Part shown: positions 31,365 through 40,624 of the stretch, piece by piece
Position numbering within the stretch: the first letter of the stretch is position 1
Layout of the letters: every line of letters begins with the position of its first letter
Source of the DNA: Candidatus Bathyarchaeota archaeon
GTDB lineage: Archaea; Thermoproteota; Bathyarchaeia; Bathyarchaeales; Bathycorpusculaceae
Direction: 5' to 3'
DNA length: 64,000 nucleotides
Assembly (NCBI GenBank): GCA_963775685.1
Contig: CAVZJV010000014.1
Span: forward strand, 1,600,001-1,664,000
Notes under the pieces: model-generated
Told to the model about the DNA's origin: nothing
What the model saw: only the letters and a program-made list of their open reading frames with translations
Databases searched by the model: none
Translations under genes and position numbers: made by a program

Positions 31365-33653
31365 TCAGTATTGTAGGAGACTGTTTTGTTTTTGTTGTCT
31401 GACCGTTTCGCAAATTGATTTGGGGGTGTAGCCGTTGAAGCTTAACATGTTTGCGGCTGCTGAATAAAGAAGCATCAGGTATTTTTCGGTGTCAGGTTCT
31501 ATTCCCTTCTCCAATAGTTGAGCTGCCTTAACTCTGCGTTCAAAGCGTTTGTTGTTTGAATCGGTATAGACAAAGTGTACACTGTTACCTGCGTGAACTT
31601 CGGAGCCTTCCTTGATTAGTTGCTCTGCGGCGATGACTTGGCTCACGTGTTGCTTGTAGTGTTTTGGGTTTTTTGACAAGTGCTTTTTAACAATCAAATC
31701 TCCGATTGTTACTTCTCCGTCGATTAGTTTTTGCCGGTAAGCTTTGACAACTCTTAGGGCCGCAGGAATTTTTTGCATGAACTCCTTGGAGTTGTTAGCT
31801 TTAGAGAAAATGTCGATCATTTCCATCTGGGCATTGTAAACAAATCTGGGCGTGTCGTGTTTGCGTACTTCTAACCCTCTGACTTTTAGTTTTCCGCTCT
31901 CCATAACCCCATAATACCGGTTAAGCACGCCGACGTTTGGATGCATCTTTGAAGGCAAAAAAACAATCCATTTGTAGCGGCCTTCAAAGTTTAGCGGTAC
32001 TCCAATGTCTTTGGTTACTTGTTTGCAAAGGCTTTCGTATTCTTCCAAAGTGGCGCCTTCCTTTTTTAGCCAAAGCGAATCCACAATACCATGAAGCACC
32101 TCAAAGCCTCGGCTCTCGGAGATTCGAGCTGCCCTAAGAAAAGCATTTCTGCCAAACGCACAAACACCAATGTGCCCATCCACAGTGCCAAATTTCGCAT
32201 TCCTATAACCCAAATACCCAAAACACGTCACCAAAATCCACTTCAACGCAACCTGCCTATTATCATAAATCTCCTTGAGCAAAGGACTCGTGACTTCTTC
32301 TTTTAGTCGCTTATACTGCTGTCTTTTGGAAACGACCAGTTTTAGGGCTCTGGGAACAACGCCTTCTCGTTTCTCGCAAATGTTGTAGTTTAACTCGGGA
32401 ATGCGCAGATGGGAGTCTGGGCAACACTTACAAAGAACCGTCTCGGCGGATATGTTGTTGTTAACCATTAAACTTGGATACATCGATGAAAAATCAACTT
32501 CACCAGTGTTGTCGTGGATGCCTACTTTGGGTTCGTAGACAAAGCCGCCTCGGTCAGCAACGAGCAGCTCATAGGCTGATTTGAATGCTTCAGGGATACT
32601 TTTGTTTCTGGGAATCAAAATCTCCTGGTTAAACGCTTGATAAAACTGCAGAGAAGACATGCTCGACCCAATGGATGAACGGGAGGAAGTATGCAGGGGT
32701 GTTCTGCAGATTCTTGCTATTTCGAACAGTCCCTGAAAGCTGCTTTCGTTTAGGATGAATGTGTTGCCTGCGTCAACATGGATTCTGCCATATAGTCGTG
32801 TTGTCGGAGCTTTGTAGAATGTTCGGCCATAGGAAAAGAAGGTTTTTCCCTGTTGGGTTTTTGGGACAAGCGTAACTTCGTCTCTACTTAAGATAAACTC
32901 TTCTTGCACGTTATTTTCGATTGCCCGCTGCAGAAGGTAAGAGAAAAGGTATGAATCCCCTCCGTTTGTAACAATAATATCTGGATCAAGCGCCTTTACT
33001 GTTTTACTTAATTGCATGAGCTTTTCTGCTTCATTGCCTACATCGATAGTTATCTTCTTTTCATCTTGTTCCAGGCTTATGTTTGCTATTGGGTCTAGGA
33101 GGTTGGCTATCTTTGATTGTTTGGCGATGTCTATTTTGAGCTGCATTATTCTCAGCGGCGGAATGGAGTAGTTGATGCTTTCAACCGAATCCATCAAGGT
33201 GTATTTTAAGCCTGATTTTTGGGTTTCAACTTCCAAGAAGGCAAGTGGAAACAAGTCATGAGTGAAAAAGTAGCTTCGATCACCGTGCAAATCACTGTTG
33301 TGCACTTCATAGCGTGAGAAATCGCCTATCCTTAGAATTTGCCTTGTTATAGCGGAAACTTTTCTGCAATCCTGTAGAGTAATCTCTAAAACTCTGGATT
33401 TCGCGTAGTCGGTTAGATTTGCATATTTGTAAACAAAGTCCCAGTGGGCAATGTCTGGGTTTGAGTAGATGCGCCCAACCAGTTTTTCGACTTCTTCTTT
33501 TTGGCCTGAAACGTAGATTTTAGGCTGAAACCTATCCGTAAGTCGAATTCTTTGACCTTTTTCGCTTATGATCCAGACTGCCATCTCTCCGACGCCGGTT
33601 GGGTAAACGTCGAATATCCAGCCTCGAATCTTACGGCTGCCGTTTGATTGCAT
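31365..33653 (-). CDS. polB2: Archaeal family B DNA polymerase, PolB2 group
   Basis: Motif A DFSSMYPS, altered motif B KWILVTCFGYLG, altered motif C HGIVDSLW (instead of YGDTDS), degenerate exonuclease domain. Confidence 0.92.
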   Translation of the reverse strand: MQSNGSRKIRGWIFDVYPTGVGEMAVWIISEKGQRIRLTDRFQPKIYVSGQKEEVEKLVGRIYSNPDIAHWDFVYKYANLTDYAKSRVLEITLQDCRKVSAITRQILRIGDFSRYEVHNSDLHGDRSYFFTHDLFPLAFLEVETQKSGLKYTLMDSVESINYSIPPLRIMQLKIDIAKQSKIANLLDPIANISLEQDEKKITIDVGNEAEKLMQLSKTVKALDPDIIVTNGGDSYLFSYLLQRAIENNVQEEFILSRDEVTLVPKTQQGKTFFSYGRTFYKAPTTRLYGRIHVDAGNTFILNESSFQGLFEIARICRTPLHTSSRSSIGSSMSSLQFYQAFNQEILIPRNKSIPEAFKSAYELLVADRGGFVYEPKVGIHDNTGEVDFSSMYPSLMVNNNISAETVLCKCCPDSHLRIPELNYNICEKREGVVPRALKLVVSKRQQYKRLKEEVTSPLLKEIYDNRQVALKWILVTCFGYLGYRNAKFGTVDGHIGVCAFGRNAFLRAARISESRGFEVLHGIVDSLWLKKEGATLEEYESLCKQVTKDIGVPLNFEGRYKWIVFLPSKMHPNVGVLNRYYGVMESGKLKVRGLEVRKHDTPRFVYNAQMEMIDIFSKANNSKEFMQKIPAALRVVKAYRQKLIDGEVTIGDLIVKKHLSKNPKHYKQHVSQVIAAEQLIKEGSEVHAGNSVHFVYTDSNNKRFERRVKAAQLLEKGIEPDTEKYLMLLYSAAANMLSFNGYTPKSICETVRQQKQNSLLQY

Positions 33654-33891
33654 CCAAAGCCTTCTCTAATCGACCAATCTTCTTCTGCTGGGCTAATAGA
33701 ATCGACATAACCATAGGTTCAAAGAGAATTGGATTGGTGGCGTTGCTTCCGGCTGACGCGTAGTTTCGGCAAGCATCCATCAAAGCCTCAAAGGCTTCCT
33801 TATCCTCAATTCTTAGAGCTTTTTCAAAGCCACTCCACCGGCTAATCTCGTCTTCCAATGCCATGCGGTAGGATTCAACTGTCTTGCCCAT
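33631..33891 (-). CDS. Small helical PolB2-associated protein (arCOG07300-like)
   Basis: MG.TV.SYR......W..F.KALR.ED...F..L pattern; overlaps the polB2 start. Confidence 0.8.
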   Translation of the reverse strand: MGKTVESYRMALEDEISRWSGFEKALRIEDKEAFEALMDACRNYASAGSNATNPILFEPMVMSILLAQQKKIGRLEKALDAIKRQP

Positions 33892-34610
33892 TACGCATTG
33901 GCCTCCGCAAATTCTTCTAAGGTCAAGGCCTCTGCTGGCAACTCAGCAACGCCTAAAGGGAGATAAGGATGCTTTTCTAAAGCAAATTGTCGAGCGTAAT
34001 TTGTCTTTCTTAAGGACAATACAACGTTTGCTCTTCTGATTGTCTGGGTGTGGAGCAGGTCGTTTCTTGTTGAGTCTGCATGTTGCGGGTAGGTTGCAAT
34101 AACTATTGTTTGGGTTTCTCTTGCAAAATTTGAAAGATAAGTCGCGACTTGGCCAAAGATTCTTTGGGCTTCATCCTCAGGAATATCCTTATCTAAGAAG
34201 AACCCGGCAATATCCGAAATTATCACGAGTTTAGCGTTGTATTTTTTGACGGTTTTTTGGAGATGTTGCTTAATGAGTGAAGCTACTTGGTAGGCTGTAA
34301 ACGCTCTTGAAATGTAAATGTTGTCCAAGACTTTTTTTGGACTTAGGTGATGAATCTGGGCTATCTGAGCAATTTGATAGAGCCTAAAGCTGTTTCCTCC
34401 ATCGATGAAAACTATGTTGGTCTGCAATCCGCCCACAGGGGTTGGAAGCTGTGCTCTAACACACATAAGAGATGTCAAGGAAAAAACTGGACCTTGGAGA
34501 ACTGCAAAATCGCCCAAGGCAAATCCTGGAAAAATCTCATTTACACTTCTTAGGTTCAGTGGAAAAACCGGTTGAGATAGTGTAGGCTTAACAATTATGT
34601 TTTGGCTCAA
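33891..34610 (-). CDS. RadA/Rad51-like protein with degenerate Walker A
   Basis: FIDGGNSF.LY, IYISRAFTAYQ and LVIISD are retained, but there is no GxxGxGKT (VLQGPVFSLTS instead); translationally coupled to the next gene. Confidence 0.85.
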   Translation of the reverse strand: MSQNIIVKPTLSQPVFPLNLRSVNEIFPGFALGDFAVLQGPVFSLTSLMCVRAQLPTPVGGLQTNIVFIDGGNSFRLYQIAQIAQIHHLSPKKVLDNIYISRAFTAYQVASLIKQHLQKTVKKYNAKLVIISDIAGFFLDKDIPEDEAQRIFGQVATYLSNFARETQTIVIATYPQHADSTRNDLLHTQTIRRANVVLSLRKTNYARQFALEKHPYLPLGVAELPAEALTLEEFAEANA

Positions 34611-34989
34611 TTTCTTAATTCTCCTAAATGTTGAGAGATAGCAAAAGGTAGTTTTCTGTTTTTAAGCCATCACCCCAAACGACTTTGTCTAATACTGGAG
34701 ACTGGGTTGAAAGTGAACAAGATTAAATGTATTTAACTATAGGTGAAGTTCGATTGGGATGAGAAGGTGCTCCCCATCAGCAAACGTTGCTTCTATCGTA
34801 ACAGTAATAATCGCACCTTTATCAAAATAAAATAGGATTGCGCTGAGAAACGAATTGTCTGCCTCACATAGAACAAATCAAACAAATATTTTTCAGGTAT
34901 TTTTCTTTGCCGTTAAAGCAACTCAAAATGGCAGTTACCGCAAAAACAGATTCTACATTTCGGACACCAATGAACTCTGTTCCCAACCT

Positions 34990-35500
34990 TCTTTCCGCAA
35001 GCATCACAGAAGTACCTTTTAAGAGTGCGCGCAAAGACATCCAACATACCACTGAATCAGACTCAAAAAGTTTTTGGGTTCGAATTTGTCAAGTCAAAGC
35101 TTCAGCTCGGCAACCAAAGAATTGACACTTTAGCCTTCGAGAATGATAACAAACCTTTCGTTATAATCGAATACAAGATTGACCAGAGCTTTAGCGTTAT
35201 AGATCAAGGTATGCCTATCTTGGTTTACTTCTAAACAACAAAACGGAGTTTATTCTTGAGTATAATGAAAACAAGAGAAAAAGTCTTAAACGCGACGATG
35301 TTGATTGATCACAATCAAAGGTTATTTTCGTTTCTCCACAGTTTACCAAATATCAAAAACAAGCAATCAATTTTAGGGACCTACCAATCGAGCTATGAGA
35401 AATAAGCAAATTTGCCAATGGCACTTCACTGTTTAATCAGGTTGAAATCACCCGAAATGAGCGAATCCATAACTAAAGTGAGCCCTAGAAGCAAAATAAT
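34990..35500 (+). pseudogene. NucS-like PD-(D/E)xK endonuclease / DUF5655-family remnant
   Basis: FGFEFVKS...RIDTLAF....FVIIEYK....[55 protein letters not shown]; two in-frame stops, frameshifts and truncation. Boundaries approximate. Confidence 0.75.
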
Positions 35501-35636
35501 TCAAAAAGCAATTATTGGCTTTAGGATTACAGTCAGACTATGTTGATTACATGTGGGGCAATCTGTCGATACTTACAATTACATTCAAAACCTCGGAATA
35601 GACAAATTGTGAAACAATATAACGGCGCCACTAATG

Positions 35637-35664
35637 TGGCGGGTCCGACGGAAATTGACCCCCC
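35637..35664 (-). repeat. Degenerate tRNA (Arg-like) 3'-end fragment (att-like scar)
   Basis: Reverse complement is GGGGGTCAATTTCCGTCGGACCCGCCA, about 40 bp downstream of the terminase stop. Confidence 0.55.
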
Positions 35665-35705
35665 ACTGTTTTGAAGTCATTTGATTTCTGATTTGAGATG
35701 AAAGT

Positions 35706-37172
35706 CTATCGAGGTACAACAGCTAGGAAGGGTTCGGGCTCCATCTCGACTGTTCCATACACTGCTAATGCTACGCTCCAGAACACGTCATCGTGAGTCC
35801 CGGAGGGATGGTTGTAGGCTATGTTTCCGTCTTTTCGCAATTGGTATTTTTCTACGTTTAGTTCGGTGCATATATCGCTTCGATATGGCTTTTCCCAAGT
35901 AAGTAGTGGGAATCGGATTTGTTGGTTCATCATGCGTTGTTTTAGCAAGTTCGCTATTTCGCTTTTGCGGGGGATGGTGAAGTTGACGCCTTCGGCGTTT
36001 TGGATGCTGGCGTTTTCCATGTCTTTGATTAGGCTTGGGCCTTCGCGGGTGAAGTCTACGCGGATTTTCTCAAAGCCGCCCCACTGATCTTGAAGACGTT
36101 TAATGTAGCCTAAAATGTGAGCGTGCGTTGTGGGGTGTGGAAAAAGCTTCTGAAGCCGAAGAAAAATCATGTCATCAACCCGCTCTACAACCGTTAGAGA
36201 TGTGTAGTCTTTGACTTGGCCTATGTCTAATCCAAGGAAGAAATCGCCACTGTAGCTTCTCTCAGTATCGTATTCTTCTAGGTCCTCGCCGCAATTCTTC
36301 TTGGTACCGATGCAGGAAACAATAAGGCTCTGGGGCAACCACACATCTTCATCTTCAGCCCACTCAGCCTCCATCTCCCGCCTCCAACGAGATGGATCAT
36401 CCCCAAACTGCCGCCGAATCCTCTCAATCATCTGCGGATTCAAAGGACCTTCAGGATAAAGCGCCACCTCAAAAGAGAAATGATGACGAACAAAATCAGA
36501 GAAGTCTTTGTGGTTACACATCCTCCAAAACAACGAATCAGTACTGAAAGGCGTGCTACTGGCAATCAGCTTGCCGTTAGTGGTTCCCAACGTGAACAGG
36601 ATCGCGTCATACAATTCATCGTCACAAGCGATAAAATTACATTCATCCCACCAGATACGGTGGAACGTATTACCTCTAATAGTATCCGAATTGTTAGGAA
36701 AAGCCTCAATAACTGAGCCATTCTTAAAGCTGATTCGGGTGCGTTGGATATGGCAGCTTCCAGCTGGGAGGTTTCGGCAAAAACCCGCAACCCGCCTAAG
36801 GTTTAGCTTGGTTTGGCGCCAGCTGGGACCGATAAACCCAACGTTTAGGTTATCGTTTTCGAAGGCATCCTGCAAAAGCAACCCCCCAATTGAGGTGCTC
36901 TTGCCCGTCTGCCTTGGCCACCGGACAGCTAAAAACTGATTTCGCCAATATAGCTCCGCGAGCTCATGCTGATACACAAAAGGCTTAAGACGGCAAATTT
37001 CGGTAAAGAATTTTGCTGTATCGCCTTTAGCTTCATCGACCTTGGCAAACTTGGATGCCTGATAGACATTGGCCTCTTCTCGTAGATCCCGCCAAAGATT
37101 CTCAATCGCTCTGGGATGAAAAGTTCGCCGCTGAGGCAGATCGAACCTATTTTTGTCTGTTCTCTGAGGCAA
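35706..37172 (-). CDS. terL: Terminase large subunit (ATPase plus RNase H-like nuclease)
   Basis: Adenine motif PFVYQ, Walker A RQTGKS, Walker B IWWDE, coupling motif SSTP, nuclease GLDIGQVKDYT and HDDVFWSVALA; uninterrupted ORF. Confidence 0.92.
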   Translation of the reverse strand: MPQRTDKNRFDLPQRRTFHPRAIENLWRDLREEANVYQASKFAKVDEAKGDTAKFFTEICRLKPFVYQHELAELYWRNQFLAVRWPRQTGKSTSIGGLLLQDAFENDNLNVGFIGPSWRQTKLNLRRVAGFCRNLPAGSCHIQRTRISFKNGSVIEAFPNNSDTIRGNTFHRIWWDECNFIACDDELYDAILFTLGTTNGKLIASSTPFSTDSLFWRMCNHKDFSDFVRHHFSFEVALYPEGPLNPQMIERIRRQFGDDPSRWRREMEAEWAEDEDVWLPQSLIVSCIGTKKNCGEDLEEYDTERSYSGDFFLGLDIGQVKDYTSLTVVERVDDMIFLRLQKLFPHPTTHAHILGYIKRLQDQWGGFEKIRVDFTREGPSLIKDMENASIQNAEGVNFTIPRKSEIANLLKQRMMNQQIRFPLLTWEKPYRSDICTELNVEKYQLRKDGNIAYNHPSGTHDDVFWSVALAVYGTVEMEPEPFLAVVPR

Positions 37173-37718
37173 GTTGCCGTTTCAACTCCATGACTTCAGT
37201 CTCAAGTCCGCGGTAATTGACATACTTTGCAAAAAGTTCCTGGTAAACCTTGACGGCCATTATGATGTTGCGAAGCCGTGAGTCCATTTTCTAAAAAGCA
37301 ATCTTTTGTTATGTAATCGCCAGCCGTGAGACCTCCGCCTTGGTAAGTCCAGGCTGCCTTAGAGCGTCTATCGATGCGCTTAAAACTTCTCTTCCTCGAC
37401 GCTTGGCAACTCATCAGGCAACTTCAAATCGGCGCCAACAACATCAGCTGAAACACAAGAAACCCGCACAGGTCTTGAAGCTATCTGAGTAACACTCTCG
37501 GGCGCCGGGCGAGTTGTTGTTGTTGCAATTGTTGTTGCAACCGAATTTTGCACACCAGTTGCAACAACTACTGAATTCAAACCAGAATTGAACAACTTAC
37601 CCTTAATCGAAAGACGAGTCTTGCCCATTATTCTTGAAATTTCATCAAAACTCTTCCCCTCTCCAACAAGCGTACGCAATTGCCGTTCTTCATCAATCGA
37701 CCACTGCTTACCCCTCAA
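37147..37718 (-). pseudogene. Putative terminase small subunit-like HTH/coiled-coil protein, disrupted by an indel and a 48-bp insertion
   Basis: N-terminal KQWSIDEERQL...SFDEISRIMGKT...I..KL HTH, T/V-rich linker, then LPSVEE..(fs)..LRQPGLTKAEVSRL|RNIIMAVKVYQELFAKYVNYRGLE; overlaps the terL start. Confidence 0.6.
37274..37330. mobile_element. 39-bp insertion flanked by 9-bp direct repeats (AGCCGTGAG)
   Basis: Repeats at 37274-37282 and 37322-37330; removing 48 bp restores the reading frame. Confidence 0.7.
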
Positions 37719-37847
37719 CCAAACAGCCCCCAACCAAACCAGCCAAAAACCCCACCCAACCTCAACACTTCACATTTTCTAGCCTGCTAACTAGAAAAAC
37801 CCATTAAAACATTGTTAACACGCTTCTGTAAGTTTCCCAAACAGCAC

Positions 37848-38174
37848 CTATTTGCTTTTGCTGCCGAAGAGTTCCATAAAAAAATAGACGATCAGAGGAA
37901 TGTTAACGACAACGCGGATAGCGTTTATCCAAATACCAAAATAAATCACGTTGCTAAAGCTCTTGCTCAGAGTATAGCTCAACGTAAAGATGGCAAACGC
38001 AAAACCTCACTTACGCGTCGACAAAACACCCACAATGGAACCCACCCACAAAGCGATTTCAATATAGTTATTTAAGTCAGCTATGTTGCCGTTAACTAGC
38101 AAGAGGGTCATGAGCAGGATGTTAAGTATCATCCAGAGCACGATTGGGTAAACAAACAATTTTCTACTAACCAT
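37848..38174 (-). pseudogene. Small four-TM membrane protein, disrupted
   Basis: MVSRKLFVYPIVLWMILNILLM...DLNNYIEIAL(fs)..STRK*GFAFAIFTLSYTL...WINAIRVVVN. Confidence 0.55.
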
Positions 38175-38269
38175 TTTCGCTCAAAGCAAACTAACACTGG
38201 GATTGCTTTAAAATTTTTGCAACAGATTCGGGGTTTAGGGGAAGTTTTTAAAAACACAACATTCTCAGT

Positions 38270-39637
38270 ATGCTACGGGACAACCAAGTGGAAAACAAAA
38301 ACTTCAAAACTCTACTAAGCCAGCATTACCCCATACTGGGAGTTTTGCTTGGCGCTTTTCTGATTTTAACATCCACTGGAACCTATACTAACTGGGATGC
38401 ACAACTTGAGTTTGAAGCGGCCTCAAACGTAATCATGAAAGGCTTTCCCTTTGTCACTAATGGACTTATGATTAATCAACCACCGCTTGGCTTCTACATA
38501 GACGCACCAGCCTTTCATGCATTTGGCTTATCCTACCTAAATGGAGTCAGCATCGCGACAGCTTTTGGGCTCAGCTCCGTCCTGCTCGTCTATGCATTGG
38601 GCGCCTTATTGTTCAGCAAACAAACAGGAATAGCAGCGGCTGCACTCTTCGGCATCATCCCCTGGCACGTCTACATATCAAGAATCTTTCTAATAGACAA
38701 CCAAAGCCTGTTCTTCAGCTTGCTCTTTTTGATTGCCAGCATTTTGGCTCTCCGCAAAAACTCCCCCAAACTAACGCTGGCCGCAGGAACCTTCTTTGCA
38801 ATGGCGCTTCTGACAAAACTATTTGCATTGTTCACACTGATTCCTATGCTACTTATAATTCTGCTACAAAGAAAAAAAACAAAATTCAAACTCTCGTTGC
38901 ATAACATTCTAGTTTTCATTTTGCCCACGTTGCTTTCACAGGCAATCTGGTTTGGACGATTTGCCAACCAAAACTTCTTCGGAGTATACTTTAGCAGCGA
39001 CATAACCCACCCGGTGCTTATAGCTAATCCCAATCCATTGTTCTTGCCCATAATTCTTGTGAATAGCGCTGGATGGCTGCTGTTTGCTGCCGGACTTTTT
39101 TCCTTAACGCTAACAATCCTCTACAGGAACGTTCTGACAAAAAATCTGTGGCTGGACATTGTTTGCGTCGGAACCGTTGGGACAGTTGCTGCTTTGAACT
39201 TGCTTTTGGTCTATGGATTGCATTTAACAGTACCCTATGTTAGCGTTTTCAAATACAACTATTTTGCCCTACCCTTCTACTGTTTACTTGCAGCCTCGCT
39301 ACTCGAAAAAGGCAGGATACTTACCGCTACAACGGAGTGGAAAAAGAAAACCAATTCAATTAAAATAGTTCTTGTTGGGTTGGGAGTTGTCTTGCTCTTT
39401 TCCTGCTTTGTGGAAAGCATGATGTTTCTGCTTAAGTGGGTGGGGTTTGCGTCTTTTGGCGTGGATTCAGTTACTTACTACCCGTTTGATGTGTTTGCCG
39501 GACCAACGGGTTATTTTGAAGCTTTCCATTTTGCAGGTTTCGTTTTGATAATACTTAGCGTAGTTGCGCCTTTCATTTTGACGAGTATAAAGAGAAATCT
39601 TTTTTCGGAGAACATAAAAAGACAAACCGCGAAGTAA
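38270..39637 (+). CDS. GT-C fold membrane glycosyltransferase (ArnT/PMT, GT39/83-like)
   Basis: NWDAQLE, NQPPLGFY, SRIFLID, ALLTK; many TM helices. Confidence 0.85.
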   Translation: MLRDNQVENKNFKTLLSQHYPILGVLLGAFLILTSTGTYTNWDAQLEFEAASNVIMKGFPFVTNGLMINQPPLGFYIDAPAFHAFGLSYLNGVSIATAFGLSSVLLVYALGALLFSKQTGIAAAALFGIIPWHVYISRIFLIDNQSLFFSLLFLIASILALRKNSPKLTLAAGTFFAMALLTKLFALFTLIPMLLIILLQRKKTKFKLSLHNILVFILPTLLSQAIWFGRFANQNFFGVYFSSDITHPVLIANPNPLFLPIILVNSAGWLLFAAGLFSLTLTILYRNVLTKNLWLDIVCVGTVGTVAALNLLLVYGLHLTVPYVSVFKYNYFALPFYCLLAASLLEKGRILTATTEWKKKTNSIKIVLVGLGVVLLFSCFVESMMFLLKWVGFASFGVDSVTYYPFDVFAGPTGYFEAFHFAGFVLIILSVVAPFILTSIKRNLFSENIKRQTAK

Positions 39638-39655
39638 TAAGAGCAGCTGATAAAG

Positions 39656-40624
39656 ATGGCTAACGATTCTACAAACAGCAAAGCATGTGCCTCAATGCAT
39701 GAAGTAACCAAAGACTACAATGGTTTCCGCGCTTTGGACAATGTGTCTTTTGAAATTAAAGAAGGAGAAATCTTCGGGTACATCGGTCCCAACGGTGCTG
39801 GAAAAACCACTACGTTGAAGATTCTGGTTGGGTTGATTAACGATTTCCAAGGAGAAGTCCAAATAGGCGGGTACCAGCTGCCAAAGCAGAAGCTGGAGGC
39901 TCATGGTTTGCTAGGTTACCTTCCCCAAAACGTGGCTTTTCAAGAGTGGCGAACCGTTGACCATGCGCTTAAGACGTTTGGGAAACTCTCAGGACTAACA
40001 GAAACAGAAGTGGAGCAACGCATCCCAAAAATTCTGGATTTAATGTCTTTAAGCGACGTACGTCATAAAAAGATTTCACAGCTCTCCGGCGGTATGACCC
40101 AGAAGGTTGGATTGGCACAGGCGCTTTTGCATGACCCAAAACTTTTGGTTATGGATGAGCCGATGGGGGGACTTGACCCGCTTAGCCGGCATCAATTCAA
40201 AGATATTGTTCTAAAACTCGCAAAAAACAGAACCACCATCCTGTTTTCGTCACACATACTAAGCGATGTCCAAGACGTAGCCGACCGCATTGGAATCCTT
40301 AGCCACGGAAAAATAAAGATGGTAGGCACAATGAACGAACTAAAAAGCCAACTCTACAACCAAAAAATCGTCGAAGTACTCCTCTCCTACATCACCGATA
40401 AATGGCAACAGTTCAACTCCATCCTGAACGTAAGCAAAATTGAACAACCATCACCCGGTAGAGTGCTAGTTTACCTTCAAACAGGAGCAGATGAAGACCA
40501 AGTCATCAACGACTTAGTCAAACGCATAGCAGAACTCGGCATTCGAATTCGAGGCATCAACATGCTGTCGCCTTCACTAGATGAAATTTACCTTAACTAT
40601 GTCCAAAAGGGGGAGAGTTCATGA
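39656..40624 (+). CDS. ABC-2 type transporter ATP-binding protein
   Basis: GPNGAGKTT, LSGGM, LVMDEP, SSH. Confidence 0.95.
   Translation: MANDSTNSKACASMHEVTKDYNGFRALDNVSFEIKEGEIFGYIGPNGAGKTTTLKILVGLINDFQGEVQIGGYQLPKQKLEAHGLLGYLPQNVAFQEWRTVDHALKTFGKLSGLTETEVEQRIPKILDLMSLSDVRHKKISQLSGGMTQKVGLAQALLHDPKLLVMDEPMGGLDPLSRHQFKDIVLKLAKNRTTILFSSHILSDVQDVADRIGILSHGKIKMVGTMNELKSQLYNQKIVEVLLSYITDKWQQFNSILNVSKIEQPSPGRVLVYLQTGADEDQVINDLVKRIAELGIRIRGINMLSPSLDEIYLNYVQKGESS

Noticed and set aside
35706-37172. Element-wide UGA-to-Trp recoding
   Set aside because: terL and polB2 are open without read-through, polB2 itself ends in TGA, and the TGA-containing genes are also frameshifted or truncated.
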